A DNA stretch of 64,000 nucleotides from an uncultured Candidatus Rokubacteria bacterium. GTDB lineage: Bacteria; Methylomirabilota; Methylomirabilia; Rokubacteriales; DASRDR01. The position numbers and the translations under genes were made by a program. The DNA is taken from positions 896,001 to 960,000 of the forward strand of contig CAWGVS010000005.1 of NCBI GenBank assembly GCA_963826115.1, in the 5' to 3' direction. Shown piece by piece: positions 55,647-64,000 of this stretch (positions within the stretch are counted from its first letter, which is position 1; each line of letters begins with the position of its first letter). A model generated the notes under the pieces. The model saw only the letters and a program-made list of their open reading frames with translations, was not told where the DNA came from and searched no databases.

Positions 55647-56040
55647 CCCTCTCCTCGCCCCGCCGCGCTCGGGGGCGCGCTGGGCCGCTCTACCGTCCGT
55701 CGGCCCGGCTCGCGCAGACGGCGGGCCACGGCCGGATGCTCCACGATGGCCTGCGGAGGCGGGCGGGCACACCCGGCAAGGCGCCGCGGGGGCTCGGCCC
55801 GGCCACTCAGGCGACACCCCGATCGGGCCCGAGCGGTCCACGCTGACCGCGAGCGACGAGGGACGCCGCTCGGCCGGAGTATATCCGCGCGAGCGACCGC
55901 TCACAAGTCGTCGGCGCTCGCTGCCCGACTGTCCGGCCTCGGTCGGAAGGGCCAGGGAGGCGGGCGGCCCGGCTCGTCCGGGGCGAGGCGCGACGGCGCT
56001 CGCTTGCCGCCACCGTGTGACGGCGGCTAAGATCGCGGCC

Positions 56041-56520
56041 GTGGACACGCCCGCGCTCGTCTCCACGGCGACCGCGCTCCTGGCGGGGCTCGCCTTCGGC
56101 TACTGCGCGCAGCGCGGCGGCTTCTGTCTCACGCGGGCGCTGTCGAACTGGGTCGTCATGGGCGACACGGCGATCATGCGCGCCTACGTGCTCGCGCTGC
56201 TGGTCGCGATCGTCGGGGTGCACGTGCTCGAGCTCGGCCTGGTGGAGTCCATCCCCGTCCGCCCGTTCCGCTGGCTCGCCAACCTGACGGGCGGCTTCGT
56301 GTTCGGGGTGGGCATGATCCTCGGTGGCGGGTGCGCGGGAAGCTCCTGGTACCGCCTGGGCGAGGGCGCGCTGGGCGCGTGGGTCGTCCTGGCGGGCTTC
56401 GCGATGGGGGCCAGCGCAGCCAGCGTCGGCGCGCTTCAATCGATCCGGACGATGCTCCAGGACTTCGAGTACGCGACCGCATCTGGTAGGACACCCAGGG
56501 GCGGCCGTTGGCGGGTGTGA
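56041..56520 (+). pseudogene. Truncated YeeE/YedE (sulfur transport) gene
   Basis: [11 protein letters not shown] and GGFVFGVGMILGGGCAG; homology stops near 56472, where the sequence becomes antisense soxY. Confidence 0.7.
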
Positions 56521-56790
56521 AGAGGAACTTGCCCTTGGCGGGGACCGGATCGCGCTCGATCGACACCTCGATCGACTGGATGTAGTGGTCGGGCTCCATG
56601 GGATGGTCGAGCCCACCCGGATCGGCACCGCGGCCGGGTCCTCGGAGATGATCGGCACGTCCAGGTCGATGCGGTGCTCGTGGTCGCTCCGTGGCTGAGC
56701 CAGGCCCGGACGCGATGCGACGAGACCAGTGAGACAGGCGGCGCCGGCCATCCGCATCACGTCGCGTCGCGCCAGTCCTTCAAACTTCAA
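56473..56790 (-). pseudogene. Frameshifted, truncated SoxY/SoxYZ-like carrier gene
   Basis: Tat signal LARRDVM; LDVPIISEDPAAVPIRVG, frameshift near 56611, then DHPMEPDHYIQSIEV..DPVP..FTPANG..YQMRS; 3' end missing. Confidence 0.65.
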
Positions 56791-58009
56791 GACTTAGACC
56801 ATCGTCACTCATGAGAAGGATGACATCGACCTCGCCGCCCGTCGGGATCGTCGTGTCCCCGGGCACGACCGCCAGGCCGTCGGCCAGAAGCATCGAGCGT
56901 AGGATCGCCGATCCCTGCCCCCCGGTCGGCCGGGCGCCGAGCCCCACCGCCCCGCGCTCGATCTGTACGCGGAGGTATCCAGGACGGCTGCCGGGGTTAT
57001 CGATGGGCGCGAGGGCCCGAGCCCGGATCCTCGGCCGCTGGAGCTCCCGGCGGCCCGCCAGTCGTCGCAGGAGGGGCCGGACGAAGAGCTCGAAGGTCAC
57101 CATCGAGGAGACCGGGTTGCCCGGCAGCCCGAAGAAGAAGCGCTCGCCGATCCTCCCGAACGTGAGGGGTTTCCCGGGGCGCATGTTGACCTTCCAGAAG
57201 TCCAGGCGCGCGCCCAGCTCTTCCACGGCCTCACGGACGAAGTCGCGGTCCCCGACCGAGACACCGGCCGACGACACGATCACGTCCGCCCGGAGGCCGT
57301 GGCGGAGCCTCTCGACCAGCACGTCGCGGCGGTCGGGGGCGATCCCGAGGCTCAGGGGGACGCCGCCCGCCTCGCGCACGAGCGCGGAGATCGTGTACGA
57401 GTTCGAGTCCGGGATCTGTCCGGGTCCGAGCGGCGCGTCCGGCGGCACCAGCTCGTCGCCGGTCGAGAGGACGGCCACGCCCGGGCGCACGTAGACCTCC
57501 ACGCGAGCGCGTCCGAGCGAGGCCAGCACGCCAAGCGCCGCCGGACGGAGCACGACTCCGGGCTCGAGCAGCCGGTCCCCGGTCCGGACGTCCTCGCCCC
57601 GTGGGCGCACGAACGCGCCCCGCTCGGCGGGTCGATCGATCGTGACCGTCGCGCCGTCTCGCCGGACGTTCTCCTGCGGGATCACGGCGTCGCTCCCCTC
57701 GGGAAGCGGCGCGCCGGTGAGGATGCGGTAGGCCTGACCGGGCGCGAGCCCTCGCGTCGCCATGCGGCCGGCGCTCACCTCGCCCACGATCGGCAGGACC
57801 ACCGGGTGGCTTCCCGTCGCGCCTGCCGTGTCGGCGGCCCGGACCGCGTAGCCGTCCATCGAGGAATTGTCCCAGGGTGGCACCTCGCGCGCCGAGACGA
57901 TGGGCTCGGCCAGGACCCGCCCGAGGGCGTCGTCCAGCGGCAGCCGCTCCGTGCCCAGGACCGGGACGTCCGCGAGCACGCGCTCCAGGGCCTCGGCTAC
58001 CGAAAGCAC
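56780..58009 (-). CDS. moeA: Molybdopterin molybdotransferase
   Basis: DNSSMDGYA, ILTGAPLP, STGDEL, GVSVGDRD, RPGKP, GLPGNPVS. Confidence 0.95.
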   Translation of the reverse strand: MLSVAEALERVLADVPVLGTERLPLDDALGRVLAEPIVSAREVPPWDNSSMDGYAVRAADTAGATGSHPVVLPIVGEVSAGRMATRGLAPGQAYRILTGAPLPEGSDAVIPQENVRRDGATVTIDRPAERGAFVRPRGEDVRTGDRLLEPGVVLRPAALGVLASLGRARVEVYVRPGVAVLSTGDELVPPDAPLGPGQIPDSNSYTISALVREAGGVPLSLGIAPDRRDVLVERLRHGLRADVIVSSAGVSVGDRDFVREAVEELGARLDFWKVNMRPGKPLTFGRIGERFFFGLPGNPVSSMVTFELFVRPLLRRLAGRRELQRPRIRARALAPIDNPGSRPGYLRVQIERGAVGLGARPTGGQGSAILRSMLLADGLAVVPGDTTIPTGGEVDVILLMSDDGLSLEV

Positions 58010-58117
58010 GATGGTGCGCTCCTGTGGTCAGGGGACGGGCCCGACACCCTCGCCAGTGTAGAGCCTATTCCGCGACTTGGGGAGACCGCGGCGCATCGCT
58101 GCGCGCGGACTGCCGGG

Positions 58118-59647
58118 TTACCAATAGGGCCGCTTCCACTCGAACCGGTACATCTCGCGGATCGGCTCGGAGGGGCAGCGGCCGAGGTCCATGCCGGCGT
58201 CGACGAGGAACAGCTTGCGCTCCCGGTCGTCCCCCGCGTACAGCGCGCGCTGCATGTCAAAGCACGGCGCGAGCCACCGGTCGTTTCCCAGGAGCCACCG
58301 GCCGGGCGCCTCACGGAGCCACGTCAGCGCCTGACCCACCTCCTCGGGTCCCTCGCGGTACCCCCAGTGCACGATCGGATTGCGCGCGAACAGCCACTGC
58401 CCGTCTCGCCACTGGATGAGTCCCAGCTCGCGCCCGGGCCCGATCCGGCGAGCGATGTCCTCCATGATGGCCCGGCGCGGGTAGCTCGACCCCTGCACCC
58501 GGGGCTCGACGAATCCCCAGGCGATCATGACGCCGAACCAGGCGGCCGCAACGGCGACGATCAGCCGCCGGCGTCCCGGGGTCGTCCCGAGGCGCGCGAC
58601 AAGCCCGACGACGACCGGCGCCGCCGCGAGCGCCAGCGCCGGCATCGCCGGGTAGACGTACAGGCTCCGCTTGCCGGTGCTGAGGCTGAAGAACAGGACG
58701 ACGAGCGCCACCCACCCGAGGAGCAGGAGGAGCCGGCCGTCTCCGCGACGGAGGCGACGTCGCCACGCCGGGACCAGCCACGGGAGCCCCAGCACGACCG
58801 GCAGCCACATGAGCGGAATGACCTCGACGACGAAGTACCAGAACGGCTCGCGGTGCTGCCACGCCGCGACCATCCGCTCCACGGTCTGCCTCACGAGGAG
58901 GCCCCGGACGTAGGCGTGAAGCGCGGGGTCGCTGGATCGGGCCGCGAGGACGAGGAGCGGGCCGAGCCAGGCCGCGACGGTGGCGAGCAGCACGAGCGGG
59001 CCGCCGAGCCACCGCCAGTCGCGTCGCGCGAGTGGAGCGAGGCCGTGGTACCCGCGCCAGCGGCCGTAGACGTACGGGGCCAGCGCGAGGAGCGGGAGGA
59101 AGCCCACGCCCTTCGTCACGACCCCGAGCCCCATGGCCGCGCACCCGACGGCGTACCATCCCCAGGCCGGGCCGGTCACCAGATGGCGGAGGACCCCGTA
59201 GAGGCCGAGCGTCGTCCAGAGGATGAGGACCGCGTCGGTCTGCCCAGCCTTGAGCACGAGGAGGCTCTGGACGGTGCCGAGGAAGAGGAGGCCCGCCGCG
59301 AGGCCCACCCGCCGGCTCCAGAGGCGGCGGCCCAGGTCGTAGATCAGGAGCGTCACCAGGACGCTGGACAGGAGGCCCGGCAAGCGGAAGGCGACCCTCA
59401 TGGACCCGGTCGCCTGGTACGCGAGCGCCACGGCCCACGGGAAGAGCGGAGGCTTGTCCGAATAGGGCTCACCGGCCCGGTGCAGGACGAGCCACGAGCC
59501 GTCCTGGAGCGTCTCGAGGGCGACCCCGAGAAACCGCTCCTCGTCGACGCCCCAGGGGTCGCGGAGCCCGATCCCGGCTCCGACCACCAGCAGGGCGAGG
59601 GCCGCCAGGAGCCAGACGTGCCGACGGGCGCGCGCATGCGCCGTCAT
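58118..59647 (-). CDS. ArnT/GT-39-83 family membrane glycosyltransferase
   Basis: VDEERF, YSDKPPLFPW, FRLP, TKG, HREPFWYF, KRSLY. Confidence 0.88.
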   Translation of the reverse strand: MTAHARARRHVWLLAALALLVVGAGIGLRDPWGVDEERFLGVALETLQDGSWLVLHRAGEPYSDKPPLFPWAVALAYQATGSMRVAFRLPGLLSSVLVTLLIYDLGRRLWSRRVGLAAGLLFLGTVQSLLVLKAGQTDAVLILWTTLGLYGVLRHLVTGPAWGWYAVGCAAMGLGVVTKGVGFLPLLALAPYVYGRWRGYHGLAPLARRDWRWLGGPLVLLATVAAWLGPLLVLAARSSDPALHAYVRGLLVRQTVERMVAAWQHREPFWYFVVEVIPLMWLPVVLGLPWLVPAWRRRLRRGDGRLLLLLGWVALVVLFFSLSTGKRSLYVYPAMPALALAAAPVVVGLVARLGTTPGRRRLIVAVAAAWFGVMIAWGFVEPRVQGSSYPRRAIMEDIARRIGPGRELGLIQWRDGQWLFARNPIVHWGYREGPEEVGQALTWLREAPGRWLLGNDRWLAPCFDMQRALYAGDDRERKLFLVDAGMDLGRCPSEPIREMYRFEWKRPYW

Positions 59648-59718
59648 GGGAGCGGACCCAGGCTACTCGCCGTTCCCGGGCGTCGCAAGCGCAGGGACGA
59701 TGCGGCGCGGCTCGGCCG

Positions 59719-60864
59719 CTAAGCCCCCCCGCGAGGCGCGAGACCGAAGCGCGGCACGAACACCCGGAAGGAGAGAATGAAGAGCGCGCCGAATCCGGCG
59801 GTCATCAGAACCGTGAGCAGGACGTCGACCGCGCCGTACCCGCCGCCGCCCGGGTGCATCGTCGACGGGAGCACCAGCACGATCCGCTCGAGGAAGATCG
59901 CCAGGAGCGAGAAGCACGAGACCGTGATCAGCACGCGGTGCCCATCCGGCGGGCGCCCGGTGAGGCGCACCAGGCCGTACGAGAACGGGATCACCCACCC
60001 GAGGAAGAAGGCGCAGATGGCGACCGACCGCCAGGGGTCCGAGAAGAACCGCTGGACGACGTACCGGGTCTCGACCGGGACGTTGCCGTACCAGATGACG
60101 ATGTACTGCGACCAGAAGAAGTAGATCCACACGATGCTGGTGGCGAAGACGAGCTTCGCGAGGTCCTGCATCTCCTTCGGGGGCATCACCCACCCCGGGC
60201 GCCCGTAGCTGTGGACGCCGGTGAGCACCACCAGGAACGCCAGCCCGGAGTAGATCATCCCGACCACCACGTACCCGCCGAGGAGGCCGCTGAACCAGTG
60301 GGGGTCGAGGGACATGACGAGGTCGTACCCGAGGAGCGAGCCCACGATGACGAAGAGGAACAGGAGCCACACGGCAAGCCGCGCCCGATCCGAGCGCCCC
60401 GGCTCCTCGCCGGCGCCGGCCGCCGAGCCGTGGACGGCCTTGGCGAACCGGACGCTGACCCAGTACAGGGCGCCCACGCCGACGATCGTCCGGAGCGCGA
60501 AGAACGGGACGTTCAGCCAGGCCTGCTTCGAGGGGACCGGAGTCGTCACCCACGGGTAGAGGACGCGCATGCCGAGCATGAGCAGCAGGAACAGCACGAA
60601 CGACACCGGCATGAACGCGACCGTCGTCGTGGCGATGCGGCGGAGCCGGACCGTCCACCGGGCGTCGGTAAGCTCGAAGATGCCCGCCATCGCCGGTCCG
60701 GCCGCCGAGAGACCGGACCAGAAGATGACGTTCACCAGGAACACGGCCCACGCGTGGGAGGCTGACCCGCTCGCGAGGGCGACCACGAAGCTCAGCGCCC
60801 CTAGGGCGACCAGGCCGCCGAGGATGGGTCCCGTCCGCCCGGAGCTCACGCCCGACCCACTCAT
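59719..60864 (-). CDS. actF: Alternative complex III subunit F
   Basis: WLNVPFF, MSLDPHWFS, WIYFFWSQYIVIWYGNVPVE. Confidence 0.85.
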   Translation of the reverse strand: MSGSGVSSGRTGPILGGLVALGALSFVVALASGSASHAWAVFLVNVIFWSGLSAAGPAMAGIFELTDARWTVRLRRIATTTVAFMPVSFVLFLLLMLGMRVLYPWVTTPVPSKQAWLNVPFFALRTIVGVGALYWVSVRFAKAVHGSAAGAGEEPGRSDRARLAVWLLFLFVIVGSLLGYDLVMSLDPHWFSGLLGGYVVVGMIYSGLAFLVVLTGVHSYGRPGWVMPPKEMQDLAKLVFATSIVWIYFFWSQYIVIWYGNVPVETRYVVQRFFSDPWRSVAICAFFLGWVIPFSYGLVRLTGRPPDGHRVLITVSCFSLLAIFLERIVLVLPSTMHPGGGGYGAVDVLLTVLMTAGFGALFILSFRVFVPRFGLAPRGGA

Positions 60865-61355
60865 CCCTTCTTCGCCAGCGCCCGGAGGTGGTTCACGATG
60901 TCCCACCGGTCCTGGACCGACAGCGCCTCGCCGTAGGCGGGCATGATCGCTCCGCCGAAGCCGATGTAATACGAGAAGTGCCCGTCGGTCTTCGCCTGGA
61001 CCGGCTGGCTCGTCAGGTCGGGGGGCGGGATGAACCGCGGGGTCACCAGGCCGTCACCCTTGCCCGCGGGCCCGTGGCACGGGGTGCAGTAGATGTCGAA
61101 GAGCTTCTTGCCGCGGGCGAGCGACTGGGCGTCGGCCGGCACCGGGTTCTTCCGCAGGGCGTACGCCTCGCGCGTCACCACGAGCTCCGACCCCTCGTGC
61201 GGCACGGTGCCGGGCGGCTGCCCCATCGTGACCTGGCCCGGGACCAGCTTCACGTCGTTCTGCATGCTGGTCATCCAGCGATAGACGACCAGGCCGCCCA
61301 TGACCGCCGCCACGCCGCCGACGACCAGGAGGCAGAGGAGGAACACCCACTTCAT
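60861..61355 (-). CDS. actE: Alternative complex III monoheme cytochrome c
   Basis: PPGTVP, GKKLFDIYCTPCHG, MPAYG, DRWDIV. Confidence 0.85.
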   Translation of the reverse strand: MKWVFLLCLLVVGGVAAVMGGLVVYRWMTSMQNDVKLVPGQVTMGQPPGTVPHEGSELVVTREAYALRKNPVPADAQSLARGKKLFDIYCTPCHGPAGKGDGLVTPRFIPPPDLTSQPVQAKTDGHFSYYIGFGGAIMPAYGEALSVQDRWDIVNHLRALAKKG

Positions 61356-61861
61356 CCCCGGACCTCCTCGGCGCCCGAGGTCCGGAGCACCTGCTCGACC
61401 GCCGCGCGGTCACCGGCGTCGCACGTCACCTCGATCCCGAAGCGGTCCGCGCTGAACCGGGGATCGTACTGGGGCGGCATCTTGAGGCTCGGCAGCCGCG
61501 CGGTCACGAGGAGACCGAGCAGGGTGCAGAGGCCGCCGAGCAGGATGGTCATCTCGAAGGCGATGATGACGAACGGCGGGATCGAGACCACGGGCTTGCC
61601 GCCGGTGATCAAGTTCCACTTGAGGGCCGTCCAGATCGTGAGCGCGAACCCGCACGCGGTCCCGGTCAGCCCGCCGACGAGCGTGAAGAGGCGCACCGGG
61701 CTCCGCGGGAGCCCGTGCCCGGTGAGTGCCTCCTCGAACTCGTCGAGCGGCACCGGGCTGTACGTGGCGATGGACCGAAGCCCCCGAGCCCGGAGCTCGC
61801 GGATGGCCCGGGTCGCCGTGTCCACGTGGGCGAAGACGCCGAGGACGGTCGTGGCCGCCAT
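61352..61861 (-). CDS. actD: Alternative complex III subunit D (DUF3341)
   Basis: YSPVP, GGKP, FEMTILLG, YDPRFSADRF. Confidence 0.87.
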   Translation of the reverse strand: MAATTVLGVFAHVDTATRAIRELRARGLRSIATYSPVPLDEFEEALTGHGLPRSPVRLFTLVGGLTGTACGFALTIWTALKWNLITGGKPVVSIPPFVIIAFEMTILLGGLCTLLGLLVTARLPSLKMPPQYDPRFSADRFGIEVTCDAGDRAAVEQVLRTSGAEEVRG

Positions 61862-63237
61862 CAGTGCGCGTGACCGTCCCGCACCGGATGCGGGATGGTC
61901 TCCTTGACCTCGACGATCGACATCGAGGGCATCACCTTGATGAAGCCGAGGAACAGGATGAAGAACCAGGCGAAGCTCCCGATGATGATGCCGGTGTCGA
62001 CGACCGTCGGGACGTAGGTGCCGAAGGTGTACGGGTAGAAGCCGTGGGCGAGGCCGGGGACGATGATGTTGAAGCGCTCGAACCACATCCCGATCAGCAC
62101 GAGGATCGACACCACGTAGAGCGTCGGGATGTGCGTCCGCGCGCGCCGCGAGAAGAAGACGAGCGGCGCGACGCTGTTGCAGAAGATCTGGAGCCACCAC
62201 CACGGGGCATACGTGCCGACCCACTTGAAGAGGTAGGACGCCCGCTCCATGGGCTCGCCGCTGTACCACGCGGTGAAGCCCTCGCACGCGTAGAAGTAGG
62301 TCAGCACGAGGCCGGTCACCAGGATCAGCTTGGCCATGTTGTCCAGGTGCCGGTCCGTGATGTAGGCGTACAGATTGAAGTATTTCCGCATCGGGATGAG
62401 CAGCACGAGCACCATGGCGAAGCCGGAGAAGATGGCCCCGTCGACGAAGAACGGCGCGAAGAGCGTCGAGTGCCACCCCGGGACCAGCGCCATCGCGAAG
62501 TCCCACGACACCACGCTGTGGACCGACACGACCAGTGGCGTCGCCAGGGCCGCGAAGAGGCCGTACGCCCGCCGGTAGTGCCGCCACTGGCGATCGCTCC
62601 CCTGCCAGCCCAGGGACATGGCGCCGTAGATCGTGCGCTTCCAGCCGGTGTTGGCGTCTCGCAGGGCCGCGATGTCGGGCACCAGGCCGACGATGAAGAA
62701 GACCATGCTGATCGTGAGGTACGTCGAGATCGCGAAGACGTCCCACACCAGCGGGGAGCGGAAGTTCGGCCAGAGGAAGCGCTCGTTCGGATACGGCACG
62801 AGCCAGTACGCGTACCACATGCGTCCGGCGTGGATGATCGGGAACAGGCCCGCGGTCATGACCGCGAAGATGGTCATGGCCTCGGACCCGCGGTAGATCG
62901 ACGTGCGCCACTTCGCCCGGAACAGGTACAGGATCGCGGAGATGAGCGTCCCCGCGTGTCCGATGCCGATCCAGAAGACGAAGGTGGTGATGTACATCGC
63001 CCACATCTGGGGATTGCGCTTCCCCGCCATCCCCATGCCGAAGTAGACCTGCAGCAGCCAGCAGGTGATCCCCCCGGCCAGGATCAGGGCGACGAGCGAC
63101 ATCCAGCCGAAGTAGGCCGAGCCGGGGAAGCTGAGCGTCTTCAGGACGTCCCGGTTGACGTCGCCGAAGGTCGGCGCCGCGGCGGCGCCCCCGGAGATCG
63201 GACGGACCGGCCGGTCGCTCGGGCTCGGCGCGCTCAC
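61861..63237 (-). CDS. actC: Alternative complex III subunit C (NrfD family)
   Basis: FVFWIGIGHAGTLISAIL, NFRSPLVWDVFAISTY, SVHSVVSWDFA, MWFERF. Confidence 0.92.
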   Translation of the reverse strand: MSAPSPSDRPVRPISGGAAAAPTFGDVNRDVLKTLSFPGSAYFGWMSLVALILAGGITCWLLQVYFGMGMAGKRNPQMWAMYITTFVFWIGIGHAGTLISAILYLFRAKWRTSIYRGSEAMTIFAVMTAGLFPIIHAGRMWYAYWLVPYPNERFLWPNFRSPLVWDVFAISTYLTISMVFFIVGLVPDIAALRDANTGWKRTIYGAMSLGWQGSDRQWRHYRRAYGLFAALATPLVVSVHSVVSWDFAMALVPGWHSTLFAPFFVDGAIFSGFAMVLVLLIPMRKYFNLYAYITDRHLDNMAKLILVTGLVLTYFYACEGFTAWYSGEPMERASYLFKWVGTYAPWWWLQIFCNSVAPLVFFSRRARTHIPTLYVVSILVLIGMWFERFNIIVPGLAHGFYPYTFGTYVPTVVDTGIIIGSFAWFFILFLGFIKVMPSMSIVEVKETIPHPVRDGHAH

Positions 63238-64000
63238 GCGTGCTCCTCCCGGAGGATCTTCTTCAGGTACGTCACCGCCGGGCGCGTGCCGAGCTCGCCC
63301 AGGACGTGGTAACCGCGCGGCGACGTCGAGAGGTGGGAGACGCGGCTGTTCCCGTCCTTGAGGTCGCCGAACGTGATCGCCTGGGTGGGGCACGTCTGCT
63401 GGCAGGCGGTCAGGATCTCGCCGTCGCGCGGCTGGCGGCCCTCGTCCTTCGCCCGGTCGCGCCCGGCGACGATTCGCTGGACGCACATGGTGCACTTCTC
63501 CATGATGCCGCGGTCGCGGACCGCGACGTCCGGGTTCAGCTGGAGGTTCATCGGCGCCGGCCACTCGTAGCGGTACCAGTTGAACCGGCGGACCATGTAC
63601 GGGCAGTTGTTCCCGCAGTACCGGGTCCCGACGCAGCGGTTGTAGATCTGCGCGTTGAGCCCGTCGGCGGTGTGGTACGCCGCGAAGACCGGGCAGACGG
63701 GCTCGCAGGGCGCCACCTCGCAGTGCTGGCAGAGCATCGGGAGGAATCGCGCGCTGGGCTGCCGGGGCGGCGGCGCCTCGGCGGCGTGGGCGGTCCCGAC
63801 CAATCCCGACCCCGCGTGCCCGGCCGGCGCCTCGTGGCCTCCGCGGTCCCACCACCGCTCGACGCGAAGCCACTGGATGCTCCGGCCGTAGTCGATGTCG
63901 CCCTTGCCCACCGAGGGGACGTTGTTCTCGGCCTGGCACGCGACGACGCACGCCTGGCAGCCGGTGCACGCATCGAGGTCGATGGCCATGCCCCAGCGGT
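63234..64000 (-). CDS. actB: Alternative complex III subunit B, Fe-S domain (5' end outside window)
   Basis: CTGCQACVVAC, CQHCEVAPCEPVCP, RCVGTRYCGNNCPY, EKCTMC, CQQTCP. Confidence 0.9.
   Translation of the reverse strand, partial: RWGMAIDLDACTGCQACVVACQAENNVPSVGKGDIDYGRSIQWLRVERWWDRGGHEAPAGHAGSGLVGTAHAAEAPPPRQPSARFLPMLCQHCEVAPCEPVCPVFAAYHTADGLNAQIYNRCVGTRYCGNNCPYMVRRFNWYRYEWPAPMNLQLNPDVAVRDRGIMEKCTMCVQRIVAGRDRAKDEGRQPRDGEILTACQQTCPTQAITFGDLKDGNSRVSHLSTSPRGYHVLGELGTRPAVTYLKKILREEHA

Overview
Very GC-rich bacterial chromosomal segment. Gene order and content would fit a Rokubacteria/Methylomirabilota-like diderm, but this is inference only. From left to right: korA (truncated) and a LysR regulator divergent from gltBD; CARDB, Cld/HemQ-family, radical SAM and PilT genes; a ~15 kb metal/redox island (CopD-cytochrome c fusion, CusF-like protein, a bufferin-type MNIO cluster with a duplicated precursor, an OmpR-type two-component system, adenylate cyclase, Fur, Ni/Co transporter); a dispersed tRNA-Gly/Cys/Leu set; lipid and arginine genes; dprA-topA-xerC-hslVU; a polar amino-acid ABC transporter; a collapsed yeeE/soxY pseudogene pair; moeA; an ArnT-type glycosyltransferase; and alternative complex III (actB-F, truncated). 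Three signals stand out. (1) A tandem array of four 40-41 aa RiPP-precursor-like genes (32083-32817) has a near-invariant leader (YERPRVERVLTPEELEQEILYAG) and variable acidic cores, with no modifying enzymes nearby. (2) Two probable selenoproteins are split by the ORF track: a UxxC thioredoxin and a rhodanese. Both have matching SECIS-like hairpins and both overlap (ATGA) the start of a regulator gene. (3) A shared direct-repeat box lies upstream of the second bufferin precursor and the Sec-thioredoxin/two-component operon. All family calls come from motif recognition; no database searches were run.
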